Shown: piece by piece, positions 31,168 to 43,882 of the stretch | How positions within the stretch are numbered: position 1 is the stretch's first letter | Layout of the letters: every line of letters begins with the position of its first letter | From: Zancudomyces culisetae HAW-14-8 | Lineage: Eukaryota; Fungi; Kickxellomycota | Assembly (NCBI GenBank): GCA_052426225.1 | Contig: JBNJNM010000012.1 | Span: forward strand, 744,001-808,000 | DNA: 64,000 bases | Direction: 5' to 3' | Program-made: the position numbers and the translations under genes | Notes under the pieces: generated by a model | Database searches by the model: none | What the model saw: only the letters and a program-made list of their open reading frames with translations | What the model was told of the DNA's origin: nothing

Positions 31168-32869
31168 TGTTCGTTCCCCCCTTCTAGAATTTGCAATGGC
31201 TACGGATAAAAGATAACTTGCTCTGTTCTTGCTCACTGTCACTCTCTACTAAGTTCTGGAATACTTTTTCATTGAATTAAATTTATGTATGCGTTAGCTC
31301 CAACCTTCACCTCACCCTGACCCTGTTGTATACACTATTGGGTGCGTGTTCACTACAGTTATCGTTATACTCGAGAAGAGGGGTGAATCTGTTTAATTTA
31401 AGTGTTACAGTTTAGCCCTTGAATAACTTGCTCGCCAATATGTTTTTCTATCTATTTTTTTATAGAAAATCTGTGAACTCATTTATTTACTATATCGCGA
31501 ATGTTGATACTCTAAAAATTATTTTAGTGAAATCATAAAAAAAATCAATTCAAAATGGCGAATAGGAAACAAAATGGAAAAAATCAAAACTTTTACGAGT
31601 TTCCGCGTAAATTTTTGTGTGAATTGCGCCAGTTTTTTCAGATTTGTTGTTTTTCATGATTTAAAGCGATTTTCGCGTATAGAAACTTCATGATTATTAA
31701 AGAATTACGCCAAACAAACTAGGTTGTAAAGCAACAACCATAACTGTATTTACACTCACCAACTTAAATAGTAACCAATGTCAGTAGCTAGTAGAGTGAT
31801 TGTGCCATGGTTATAGGAGAGAAAGTAGCCCTTTACTCATACTCATACCTCTACTCATGCTTCCATACTTCCATACTTCTATAGTTTGGTATTTTGTTAT
31901 TATTTGTCATTCCATGTATAAAAAAATCCTGATATAAAAGCTGGGTCCAATGTGGGATTTCCTGAGTATAGTTTTTATTTTATTTTTTGAAATGCATTGT
32001 GATACCCATCCCTGAAACTAATGGCCATTCACACCAGAAAGCCATAGTATCAAAGCACTGGTCTAACTAATCTTCGTATTTTACTCTTTGAGTTACATTA
32101 AACATTTATTGGTAAACTCAAGTCATATCGGGAAAGAGAAAACAAGATTATTGAAACTCTTTGATATACTCACGGAGAGCCTAAAGTGAAATTTGAAGCA
32201 CCGTTCTTTTTTATAAAGTCCCTGGATACATTCCATATCGTTATGGGAAACACATTTCATTTGCCCATTTTCTAAAAGCACAAAGCCAACTCGCAAAATG
32301 TATCCGCGAAATAATAAAACTCAAATTACTTTTATAAAGCCTTTGACAATAAATATTGGTTGGTTTGACAATCTACATTCTTTTAAAGTCACCACACCAT
32401 GGCCTATATTATGATTAGCTGTTTGTCGGAGCCTAGAGCTTATCAGAAACACTAATTTGGTGTACTAAAAGTATAACTACTTCAATAAGGATTTTTCCAT
32501 TTAATTGATTGATCAATGTTGCTCAGTCTATAAATATTTGAAAGTAATTAAATTGAATTTGATTAGACACACTTTGAAATTCAAAGAACCGATCTTTTAG
32601 CGTTTGAATTCCCTGGACTTTCTAAAGTCTATTAGAGTTCCCTAACAAAATACAAATAATACTATAAAAACCGAATATTATCATTATCATTATCATGAAA
32701 TGAAATGGAGTCTATATAAATACCCCTGAAAGTCATGTTTGAGCTGATTGTATTCCTTTTTAGTTAATGTATAGGGTATTTATATATCCCACAACACCCC
32801 CTTCCTAACAGCTTGATTGATAAATTATAATTTAATATTAATAAGGGAAAACCCCGATTTTTTAAAAAT

Positions 32870-33787
32870 ATGATACTAATATCAACAGCAATAGCACTCT
32901 TGAGTGGCCCGTTACCATTTGTAGAAGGTGCAAGCATAGGTGGTGCTAGAATTTACGGTGGTGCCAGGGCTGACATAAGCTCGTATCCATTTGCTACACA
33001 GCTGGATAACAAAAAAATGGGTTCTTTATGCGGTGGTTCGTTGATAAACGAAATGTGGGTACTCACTGCTGCTCATTGTGTTCACGAAACCGAGCCAAAC
33101 CAGCTCAAGGTCTTAGTAGGTTCAGCTGCATACAACCCAGATAAGGGAAAAAATCCTGAAAAAATAATCGTTCACCAGGACTATAACACAGATACACACG
33201 AGGTAAAATTATCATCTAACTTTTTTGTATGATGTTTATAGTTTATTCTGGGTAGAGAAAATGTTTTTATGTTGTAGGTTCAAATAAGTAACACAGAATA
33301 TCCGATTTTATAGAATGATATTGCTCTAATAAAGCTTTCCGAAGGATCAGGACTTTCTCCAGTAAAAATTGACACAGGTGATATACAGAGTGATGAATCG
33401 GTGGCAGCCATAGGATGGGGATTCTACGAAGCAGATTCAAGTACTCCTTCCTCCGAATTGCAGGAAGTAGAGCTGAAAATAATATCAGCAAGTGATTGCC
33501 GTAAGATCAAGTCAGATTTCCAACTTGATGGAAACACAAGCCAAATATGTACAGGAAATACGTTGGGTAAAGATACATGCGCGGGGGATTCTGGTGGGCC
33601 GTTGCTGAGAACTACAGATGGTGTTACCAGAATCTTAGGCGTAACTAGCTATGGTGTACTGTCCAGTCAAGGTGATAACGCCCAGTTTTGTAATGGTCAA
33701 GAGTCTATTGGTATTTACACAAGAGTTGCAAAGTATCTAGAATTTATTAAATCATCTACTGGCTTGGCCACAGAAGATTTAACCTAA
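32870..33787 (+). CDS. Secreted trypsin-like serine protease (S1A), 2 exons
   Basis: Signal peptide, R-IYGG activation site, CGGSLI, LTAAHC, NDIAL (after intron 33203-33313), DTCAGDSGGP. Confidence 0.93.
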
Positions 33788-34143
33788 TCTGCCCTGGTAG
33801 TGAGCAAGTATCATGGTACTGGGTTAGAAATGATGGTTCAGTGCAATTATCTGTGTTGAATTGCTATCCCTAACATTGACAGATATGTTAGGTTGGTGAA
33901 TTAATTTGTTTTTCACCTACTTTTGTATAAAAAGGATCACAAACCCTAGGTTTGAGATCGATAGGATAGATATTTTTCGTGAAACATATGATTGTAAAGA
34001 TAGCTAAGCAGACTGTATTTAAAGGAAATGCTCGCCTTTGAGTGTAAATAAATAAATGATAACGACACTGAATGGTTTTCAGGTTAAGAGCGCCAACTCG
34101 AGTGAATTGGCAAAAGGCTATGTGTTTGGTTATGTAAAAAAAA

Positions 34144-35488
34144 CTATTGATGTACGCTGTTTAAAAGGCGGCCTTCCATGCCTGCGTTTACATCCAAAAC
34201 ATGACCTGTAATGTTTCCTGATGCAGCTTCACTGGCCAAAAACAAAATACTATTGGCAATATCAGAAGGTTCTGAGACCTTATTTAAGGGTGAGGTAGCC
34301 ATAGCCTGGGAAAGTATTTTTGGGTTTTTCATTGCTGTTTCAGCCATGGGGGTCCTTATCCATCCCTAGTGGTGTTGTATTTTTATCTGAATTTTAGTAT
34401 CTAATATAATAGTTCCGAAATTTACCCATCAAAGGGTTGTTTATCCTTTCCGGTATGTGGAGCTAACCAAAACTCAACATGAACGGAAGGATGATAATCA
34501 GGATAAAAATATCTAACTGTTACGACGCATGTCAAAACCCAAAGAATAACCTACCGGAGCAACAGTGTTAACTCTCCCACGTGGAGAAACTTTGACAATC
34601 TCGTTTTTTAAGCTTAAAGTGAAACCACCCATCAACGCCGATTTCGAGCAAGCGTAATCTATTTACGTACTGGATTTTGTAGTTAACATACCAAAAAAAA
34701 GTTTATGAAATACCACGAGTATCTTACCTGCATGAAATGCTTCACCAAATTTACCCGCTGTCGAGCTGTTATTATATTTGAAACCACGTTTTGTTAGCAG
34801 GATTTACGTTTGGCATACATAAAATATAATATCGCTTCCATTAAAGAAACGGAAAAAGTGTATATCTGAGTAAATTTTCCTCACTTACCCAACAATCACA
34901 ACTGAAACATTTTCATTGACATTGTGTGCCTCTAGCTGTTTCAAATACTCGCGTGCAAATAAAAAGCAGCCAGTGAGGTTAACTCCGATGGTGTTGTTCC
35001 AATGACTTAGTTCCATATCTTTTATTGGTATGTCAGATGCCGGCCAAATTCCATGGTTCAAAACAAGAATGTTTATGGGGCCAAATCTAGACACAGAATC
35101 AACAATCAACTTCTGTATCTCCATTTCATCTAGCACATTTGCTTTTAATGCGACCACATTTTCCGGATACTCCCGAAGCAAGTTTCCCAAATTACCACAG
35201 TTGCTGTTATAGTGCAGCGTTACTTTTGATCCCTGCTCTACACAAGTGTTCAAAGTAATAAATTAGAGGTAAAAGGTAAAAGCTAAAAGCTAGGTAAGTA
35301 GAATTAAGAGAGTAGCACCTACCTAAGAATGCATGAGCGGTTGCAACACCTACACCTCCGCTTGCCCCCGTAATCTATATATTTCGTTACATGAAGTGTT
35401 TAATACTTTGAAAACGAAATTTCTACCGGTTTAAAAAAAGCCCTACCAATACGTGATAATTTTCTAGTCTTAGGTAGCTGTTGGTCAT
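34144..35488 (-). CDS. Short-chain dehydrogenase/reductase, multi-exon
   Basis: Spliced ITGASGGVG, LVLNHGI, VNLTG, YACSK (YxxxK), RVNTVAPG, ITGHVLDVNAG. Confidence 0.88.
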
Positions 35489-35866
35489 TTTGTAGAACTT
35501 TGTAGTGTAAGGAGAGATCTGTTAATTTTTTTTAACAAACTCGCTTTTGCAATTCGATTTTTTTTTGATTTAACGTTTTTGAAGTCATAAAATTTAGTTT
35601 ATGTATGAAATATAATTACTAAATTGTCACTAAATAAAGTGAGTGAAAGGTTTTAAAATACCATTACTCTTTTCTCCATTTTAAGTGCTAAATAATAAGA
35701 AAAAACAAAATAGAGAGGGCAAAGTAACCACTGTAAACTACAATGATATATCCTCCGGTTATTAACCCATCCATCTTTGAAAGTTAAATATCTTGGCAAT
35801 CAGAGAGTCAGCTTAATCAAAAATAGGGATATTCCCAATCTATACCCTCGACAGTTCAAAAGTAGT

Positions 35867-37002
35867 TTAATATTTAGAATCAAATCTAAAACTGTGGAGC
35901 GGGGTGAGCCCAAACGTCTTCCAGAACTCATCCGGATCAACACGTCTTTGGATATTATTTTTGTACTTTCCGTTCTTAATCTCATCTAAACTGCTTTCAG
36001 GGATATACTGTTTGTTTGAAGGATCCTCGATTATCTTTTTGAGAATTTCTAATGAAGGTTGATCCATATAATGACTGAATATCTGGAGCATATCGTAGCA
36101 CTCGGGCTCTGAAACTATCCAGCGTTGACCTGGTGTGGGGTACTTGTACAACCCCTCTATTATTGCACGCGCAACATCTTCACCATGAATGATATGTAGC
36201 CCTCTGTTTTTCACTCTTCCCATTATCGCTTCGAAGTTAGTATACCTTTTTACCCAACCCCTTGGATCTCTAAGTATATATTTTTTAAAACCAAATTGTA
36301 ATACGGTATATTTTTTTCAAAGTTCAAGCACAAATAATATTGATGACTGCTTTTACAATATAAAAACTTATATTCCCCAGCTTTTTCGGTAACAAAAGGG
36401 TATAAATCAACTCTAGTATTTAAAAAGCATTACCTTGATCCTCCATACAACCCCGAAAGGCTAAATTTAAACATAATCATTTGCGTTAGTAGAAGCATAG
36501 TTTTAATACACAAACAAGTGTAAAAATAGTTATTAATTTATATAGATCCTTACTATACAACTGTTCCTTTGTGATGGCTTATGAGTCTGTTTTCAGCCTC
36601 CTGGCGTTCTGGTAGTTTTGTGGGATCAGGAGGTGTAGTTCTATCGCTCGGTATTTTGGTGAACACTGACGTTGTTCCAAGTAGGATCCAGTTGACTTTT
36701 ATATCCCGAGTAAACGCTTCGTGGGTTTTTTCATATGAATTGATTAATCTATCTAATACTTTCTTTCCTTTAATAGGAAATGTTATTAGAATGCTGTCTG
36801 CGTTCGGCAAAGGTCGAATCGCGTCTTCAAATTGTTCGATTGAATCGTCTTCCCCAGGCAATAAAAACTTTAGTGTACCCTCTCTGCCATTGCTTGTTGT
36901 AGCTAAGTGTGTTATTTGTTTCTTGATGCACTCATTTACAACATAGCTACCCACAAATCCACGTCCTAAAATTAGCATTGAAACCAAGTCAGAAAACCCC
37001 AT
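35867..37002 (-). CDS. NAD(P)-binding Rossmann-fold protein (atypical SDR / epimerase-like), 3 exons
   Basis: N-terminal LILGRGFVG, mini-exon LSGLYGGS (about 36433-36461), IIHGEDVARAI. Confidence 0.75.
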
Positions 37003-39382
37003 TTTATTATTAGTCTAGCTTTGTGTTAGAAGTGGTTATAAAGATAAAATTGAAACGTATTTATTTCTACAACAATGATTGTTTTTGATTTCAAAGTTAT
37101 TCGGAGTTTGCTTTTGGCTAGTACGCTATAAATTCAAAATAAATGTAAGCACATAGCATGATTAATTGACGATTTCACGTTACGCTTCTAGAATTCTAGC
37201 TATTGGTGAAAATGAATCCTGTTTTTATGAATGTGAAACAAACTCCGCTTAATTGCAAGAACGGTTGTGGTTGTGGTAGTGGTAGTGGTGATAAATCTTT
37301 ACTTTTTCTGACACACTCTAATGCAAATTAAAAGTCTGATTTTAATTCAGTAAGAACTCGAACATATTCGCTATATGTGGTATGTGTGGTAATGAATAGT
37401 ATTTGTTAGTTATTCGTCTTCTGTTTAGCGTAAGGTGACCTACTTTGCTATGGGTAGCCTTACCACATAAACCACTCTTTTTATAGCACAGCTCACATAT
37501 TTTGTGATTTTTTTTTAAAAACAACTCGGGTATAAATCTAGATTACTCTTTCTACCATTCGGTTGTGGTAAAGAAAGCGGTGCACTTGTGAAAATATAGA
37601 ATAAGAATATGAAGTAATTTTAATCTCTGTAAATATGCAGTAAAAGTTGGGGAACACCACAAATTACATTTAAAGAATTTTTTTTTGAATTGGTACAAAA
37701 ACAAGCATCTAGAATTGGTATTAAGTTTATGCTATTGGCCAGAGGTTAAGCAGTTCTGTTCAACACATGTACGATTCGCAGTCATGTATTTAGCGTTCTA
37801 GCCCAAGGAGATGTCACACAAATAGTCTGAAAGTAGTCTACTGTTCCACCCATCACTGTGAAGTATGTTACGTGTCAGTATTTTCCAGTACACCACAAAC
37901 AACGTGACTAAAATATGCATTCTATCTACAGAACGATGAGGGGTATTGGTATTGGTATTGGTACCAAAATATGGTTATCGCTACCTCTGACGCATACAAG
38001 CGTGTATACTTCTTGACTGCAAGTGTAGATCCGGGTACCATCACATACGTACCTTACCTTGTTTTATCCTACCTTACCGTTTTTCTTTTAAAGTAGTGCC
38101 ACTACTATAACCAACTTTTGTAGTCAGCTTGTTAATTACTCGCTACAATTGTTTTCAAATGGAAATCATTTTTATCTAATACACTTTATTTTTATTTTGC
38201 GACCAAACTAGGCAGGGCCCTGTGTTTGGCTGTCTCCGTGCCAATACTCAGAAAATCTTATTCCACTCTTTCTATTTCATATCAACGCTGATGTGTGTTA
38301 TCACGCTGATTTGGTATAAAATAATAGTTACGTTTTTTGGACTAAATTCCGGTTTCTAATCCTCCCAATAATCTTTTGTGGTTTTTGGTCAAGCACATGT
38401 GAACAAATGGTACATAGCGTTTTTCATTAACACAAAAAACATATTGAAATTGTCTTTATTAAATTGATGTAAACAATTCTAATGCACTTGCAAACCGAGC
38501 CACAAAAACGCTACAAAATTTGAGAATACGCTGTAGTTGAGAGGTGGAGAAGGGTGGATATTTTCCTGTTGGTTTGATCATTCAAATTTGATGCCTATCG
38601 GAACAGGCTGAGATAAGAAATTACGGTTAGGGTTTTAACTAACAAAAAATAGAGGCCAGGAAATTGCAAGTAAAAAAGGGAGAGGTGCAGGTGAAACGGG
38701 GAGGGGGAGGAAGTTGGAGTTTCTAAGTGAAAAAAAGCGAAAGGAAAGTGGAATTTGGTGATTTCCAATAATTGATGGGTTTTATTATTATTGGCCCATG
38801 ACTTTTCCATTAGTAACTGGCCATTTTGGATTGGTATTTGTTTATTTATTTAATTTTTTTCGTTAAACTGGTAATTACCAACATATTTTCATCAAATTGG
38901 TTAATATCCAAATTTGTTATTGATGATGAAAAAAATTTTTTTTCTAAATGTTCATCTGAAATAGCAATTTCCGAATTGATTTACTACCATTAGCAATTTA
39001 GTAACACTCAAGATAAATAAGCCCATTAGAAAAAGCCATCTAGTACTAGAAGAAAGGGGAATAGAAGGGAAAAGAGCTGGTGCATTTATAGCCAACACAT
39101 ATTGAGAGATATCCGTAGCTTTAACTTTTCTATTTTTTGCGAATCAATATTTTCACATGAAGGATAATGTTGCTTTCTGGCTCCTGATAACTAACTTTGC
39201 TTAAATACCCAAAACACCAACATTTTTCTTCTTAATAGACTAGAGGTACAAACCTTAATTTTTGGTATAAACATCGGAATATTCGGCTTTCATATCTAAC
39301 AAAAAACAAGAAGACAAGGAAGGTGAAAAGCAAAAAAAAACTAATCTGGGCTTGAAAATTTCGCATTCGGTACACCTACAAC

Positions 39383-42300
39383 ATGTTTGTCACGGATTTA
39401 CTACAACTTTCGTTGTTTTTTGGCGCGCTAGGGTTAGTTAAGGGATACCCAGCGTTCAATACGCCAAACAAATATGATGTAAATGGGGATTTATGCCCGT
39501 TACTTACAAGACAAGGTTTGGCTTGCCCCGGGCTTTGTGCGAAAAGTGCGGAACTATGTCCTAAAAATCTAAATCCAAATTTGCCATGTGAAGATACAGG
39601 ACACAAAAGATGCCTCGATGGAACATGTAGCAAGGATTGTAGTGGTATAGAAAATCCGTGTCTATGTGGACTGGGGGCAGACGATGTCTCTCAACAGTAT
39701 GTGGCATGTATACCTGCAACAGATGGAGTAACTGTTGTGAACTTTGATCCCTCAATAAAGACTCAGCAGATCGAGCTTGCCTGTGCTAAGATATGGAACC
39801 TGGTGGACAATAGCACGACCGTGGATACGATCGGTACTTTTATTCCTGAATGGAGTGCTGATAACCAGATGAATTATGAATTTCTTGTATGTCCCGAGGT
39901 ACCTAGTCCACGATTTACTTTCAAAGAACCTATTTATATTGCTATCTATACCTGTGCATCACTCTTTGTCGCTGTAAACATGTTTTGGTATCCATTTAAA
40001 AAGGCGCTGGAGAAGAGTGTGAAGACTAGCAAACAGGTATACACATCCGTGGATGGCTTTACACTCAAGGAAAAGAAGATGGGGCTTGTAGGGTATAAAA
40101 GCAACATTGTGGGCACATTTTCTTTTATCTACCTAGTAGTTTCCACGTTAGGTCTGGTGTCACTACTATTGGTGAATGTGTTGGATTACTACGGAATGAT
40201 CGATGGTATCCAATTTGGATTGTTTTTGTCTTCAGATACTTCAATGGCCTTTTTCATTGCAGTGTGGCATGTTTGTCTTGTGTGGCTGGCATTGTTAATG
40301 TTGGTTAACACAAAAGTTCGCAACTTTTACAGAGTGCGGTGTCAGTTAAAGGATGCACGTTTCATTCACATAGAGGAAGAGAGCGAAGAAATAGTTATGA
40401 CTGAGAGTGCAAATAAATTTGTATTACTCGCGCGCACATTAGAGAATAAATTTAAGGACATATTGGGATTGAACAAATCATACATGACAACAAAAGTGAT
40501 CGCCGAGCAGATAGAAAAAGGGAACGCAAAACCAGTCAAATACTTTGAACATAGATGCGAGCGATTTGTATTGAACGAAACCGGATCGTTCTCTACACAT
40601 AACTTTGATTTGGGTGACAGCCATGACGTACTTTTGAAGCTAAAGGACGGATTGACTACTGAGGAAGCCATAAAGCGGGAAGGCTATGTGGGAAGTAATT
40701 ATGTGAGAGTCGAGGTTCCTTCATATCTCAAGGCATTGGGTAGTGAATTTGCATCATTTTTCTATTTGTATCAGATGATGTGCCTTTGGGTATGGTTCTA
40801 CTTCAACTATTACAAAATGGGCAGTGTTCAAACATTAGTAATTATAATATCGGCAGTAGTAAAATCAGTACTTAAGGTGAATTCCGAAAAGAGAATAAAA
40901 CAGCTAGCTGAACAGAATGGTGTTTACAAGGTGAAGAGAGATGGAGTATGGGTCGAGTTGGAGTCCGTACACCTTGTTCCAGGAGATATCATTTCACTCG
41001 AGAGTGGGTCGCAGGTAATGGTTGATGGTGCTGTAATCAAGGGCGAGGTGGTTGTCGATGAAAGTAGTTTGACGGGTGAAGCCATGCCAGTACGGAAATT
41101 CTCGCTTAAAAACGACCCTATTGCCTACAACAAGTACAACTCAGGAAAGATATACACTGTATTTGCAGGTACCTCGGTACTCCAGTGTACAGGAAGCTCA
41201 GTCTATGCGAGTCCAGCTATGTCAGTAGCGACAGATATAGGCAGCGTAACAGCATCTAAATCGTCTTCAACGGAAAAAATGAATGGTACACTCAATGAAA
41301 AGAATTTACGACGCAGAGCCCTTAACAACAGGCAATTGTCAGAGTCTGCGGAAAAGGAAGCACTGTTTGATTCTGATGGCGATGCTATTGAAACAGATGG
41401 CAAACTAGAACCTCAAACTCAAGTATTGGTGTTGTCAACCCGTACAAACACTAACAAGGGAAAAATGGTGCAAAATATTCTTTATCCAACTCAATATTCA
41501 TTTGTATTTAACGAGCAGCTTCGCATAGTTATTCTCATACTACTGATATGGGGTGGTGCGGCGTTTGGATTGACTATCTGGTTGATGGGATACAACCTTA
41601 CTTCATGGTTTTACGGAATATTTGTGATTTCACAGATCTTGTCGCCTTTACTTCCAGCATCATTTGTTATTAGTCAATCTGTTACTGCAGCTAGACTTCG
41701 TGCACAAAAGGTATTCTGTATAGATTTACCAAGAATTATGGTCGCGGGTAAAGTCAAAGTCTTCTGTTTTGATAAAACCGGAACACTTACCCGGGAGGGG
41801 CTAGAGTTCAGTTCAGCCCAGGATATTGCTGTTTTGTCTGGAGATAGCGGAGTTCCAGAATTTGGAGTGTCACATGAGGACCTTACACAGCTTAGTCAGA
41901 TTTCGCAGATCGGATTGGCAACATGCCACGCAGTTGCAGTTGTGGGAAACACACCAATTGGAAATCCAGTAGATGTCGAACAATTCCGAGTAACCGAGTG
42001 GGAAATACTTCCCAAGACCACAGGTTCAGAAACTGAAGAATCTAATGGTGTTAAATATCTTGATACATTGATTTCACCAATTATGGACAATCATTCAGAG
42101 AAAACAAATCTTCCACGCAAAGTAGTTCATGTTGTCAAGCGCTTTGAATTTGAGCATGCCAGACAGAGTATGTCGGTTGCTGTTCTTGACCCTGATACCA
42201 ACCACGTACATGTATATGTTAAGGGTTCGTTCGAGAGATTGAAAAAAATATCCAGTCCTTCAAGCTTACCTTCAAACTATGACGAAGTGGCTGCAAAATG

Positions 42301-43882
42301 GGCTTCAGAAGGATGTTATGTTTTGGCAATGGCGCACAAGGATCTCGGACCTGTTGAAGACTTTTCAGCGCTGAACTGCATGTCTAGGGATGAGTTGGAG
42401 TCTGGAGTATCACTAAATCTTTTATTGATGTTCCGCAATAAGCTCAAGGATGATACAGCAGAAGCATTGGGCGAGCTGAAGAACGGCAACATCAGATGTG
42501 TTATGATTACTGGTGACAATGCACTGACAGGAATATATATTGGCAGAGCAAGTGGAATGGTTCCCCAAGATTCACAAGTGGTGCTGGGTGATATGGAACA
42601 TGTGAAGGATTCTAATGAACCTGTGCTTGTTTGGCGAAAGTATCCGTCAAGGGAGCTAGTCGAAGATATCGATGCTCTTTTGAGTGCTGAAAGAGAACGT
42701 GTTGAGTATGCAGAAAACAAGTCGGTTGATCTTGTTACCAGAAGGTCATCTAAGCTAGACCTTGCAGTTACAGCCGCTTCCTTTGATTACTTGATTTCCA
42801 CCAACAAGATCCGTGACTATCTATATGACATTCGAATATTTTCCAGAATGACCCCTGACGGCAAAGTTTCAACTGTAAAGATGTTTATGGAAAAGAATGT
42901 CACTGCAATGTGTGGGGATGGTGGAAATGATTGTGGTGCTTTGCGAGCTGCACATGTTGGCATTGCACTTTCTGAATCCGAAGCCTCTATAGTCTCTCCA
43001 TTCTCCTCCTCCAACAGATCTATTTTTTCATGCGTACGACTGATGCTCCAGGGTAGAGCTGCTCTCGCCACCTCTATGGCTGCATACAAGTTTTTGATTA
43101 TGTATGGTGAAACTATGGCCTGGCTTGAACTATTCCAATTCTACTTTACTGTCATTGTTCCCGAATCCGTGTGGATTTTTATCGATTCCCTGATTGCTGT
43201 AGGTCTACTCTTTGCTATAACTCAGTCAAAGGCTGCCAAGAAGCTCTCTCCATTCAGACCCACTGCACGTTTGTTGGACTCGAACACTTTTTACTCAACA
43301 GTGGGCCAGGTTATTATTAATCTGATATTCATATGCTTTGCGTTCTTTATACTTTTCCAACAGTCATGGTTTAGATGCAACGAGTTTGATTCCAGCAGTA
43401 TTGATACCGCCCTTTGGTGGCTGCTTGGTGATAACTACGAAGCCGAAACTCTGACCATCACTCTGTTGTTCCAGTTTGTCAATGCTGCTGGAACCTTCAA
43501 CCTCGGCTATCGCTACCGACGCGCCTGGATCTATAATTACATCCTGGTTATTTTGTATTTTGCCTTCCTTGGCGTTCTCTCTTACATCGCCATTGCTGAT
43601 CCAAACCCTCTTGGCTGCTTGTTCCGTGTCAACTGCGGAGATCCTGCTGTTTTGGAGTCTCTGGGCTATCCTGTACCCAAGTTCCACATCTTCACTTACA
43701 ACTCTCCCATTGGACACAACGTGTATCCTAAAAATTACAGGTGGGTAGTTTGGGGTTATGCAGTTGCAAACTCGGTTGTAGTATTTTGTTACGAATATCT
43801 TGTTGTTAACGGGTTTATTGGAAGGTTGGTGGGAAAGCTTCGTCCAAACTTTAGATCCAAAAAATCTGTAGTTAAGCTTTAA
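39383..43882 (+). CDS. P5-type (ATP13A-like) P-type ATPase with N-terminal Cys-rich extension
   Basis: LVPGD, DESSLTGE, CFDKTGTLT, KGSFE, MITGDN, MCGDGGNDCGALRAAHVGIALS, EASIVSPF; multiple TM helices; intronless. Confidence 0.93.
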   Translation: MFVTDLLQLSLFFGALGLVKGYPAFNTPNKYDVNGDLCPLLTRQGLACPGLCAKSAELCPKNLNPNLPCEDTGHKRCLDGTCSKDCSGIENPCLCGLGADDVSQQYVACIPATDGVTVVNFDPSIKTQQIELACAKIWNLVDNSTTVDTIGTFIPEWSADNQMNYEFLVCPEVPSPRFTFKEPIYIAIYTCASLFVAVNMFWYPFKKALEKSVKTSKQVYTSVDGFTLKEKKMGLVGYKSNIVGTFSFIYLVVSTLGLVSLLLVNVLDYYGMIDGIQFGLFLSSDTSMAFFIAVWHVCLVWLALLMLVNTKVRNFYRVRCQLKDARFIHIEEESEEIVMTESANKFVLLARTLENKFKDILGLNKSYMTTKVIAEQIEKGNAKPVKYFEHRCERFVLNETGSFSTHNFDLGDSHDVLLKLKDGLTTEEAIKREGYVGSNYVRVEVPSYLKALGSEFASFFYLYQMMCLWVWFYFNYYKMGSVQTLVIIISAVVKSVLKVNSEKRIKQLAEQNGVYKVKRDGVWVELESVHLVPGDIISLESGSQVMVDGAVIKGEVVVDESSLTGEAMPVRKFSLKNDPIAYNKYNSGKIYTVFAGTSVLQCTGSSVYASPAMSVATDIGSVTASKSSSTEKMNGTLNEKNLRRRALNNRQLSESAEKEALFDSDGDAIETDGKLEPQTQVLVLSTRTNTNKGKMVQNILYPTQYSFVFNEQLRIVILILLIWGGAAFGLTIWLMGYNLTSWFYGIFVISQILSPLLPASFVISQSVTAARLRAQKVFCIDLPRIMVAGKVKVFCFDKTGTLTREGLEFSSAQDIAVLSGDSGVPEFGVSHEDLTQLSQISQIGLATCHAVAVVGNTPIGNPVDVEQFRVTEWEILPKTTGSETEESNGVKYLDTLISPIMDNHSEKTNLPRKVVHVVKRFEFEHARQSMSVAVLDPDTNHVHVYVKGSFERLKKISSPSSLPSNYDEVAAKWASEGCYVLAMAHKDLGPVEDFSALNCMSRDELESGVSLNLLLMFRNKLKDDTAEALGELKNGNIRCVMITGDNALTGIYIGRASGMVPQDSQVVLGDMEHVKDSNEPVLVWRKYPSRELVEDIDALLSAERERVEYAENKSVDLVTRRSSKLDLAVTAASFDYLISTNKIRDYLYDIRIFSRMTPDGKVSTVKMFMEKNVTAMCGDGGNDCGALRAAHVGIALSESEASIVSPFSSSNRSIFSCVRLMLQGRAALATSMAAYKFLIMYGETMAWLELFQFYFTVIVPESVWIFIDSLIAVGLLFAITQSKAAKKLSPFRPTARLLDSNTFYSTVGQVIINLIFICFAFFILFQQSWFRCNEFDSSSIDTALWWLLGDNYEAETLTITLLFQFVNAAGTFNLGYRYRRAWIYNYILVILYFAFLGVLSYIAIADPNPLGCLFRVNCGDPAVLESLGYPVPKFHIFTYNSPIGHNVYPKNYRWVVWGYAVANSVVVFCYEYLVVNGFIGRLVGKLRPNFRSKKSVVKL

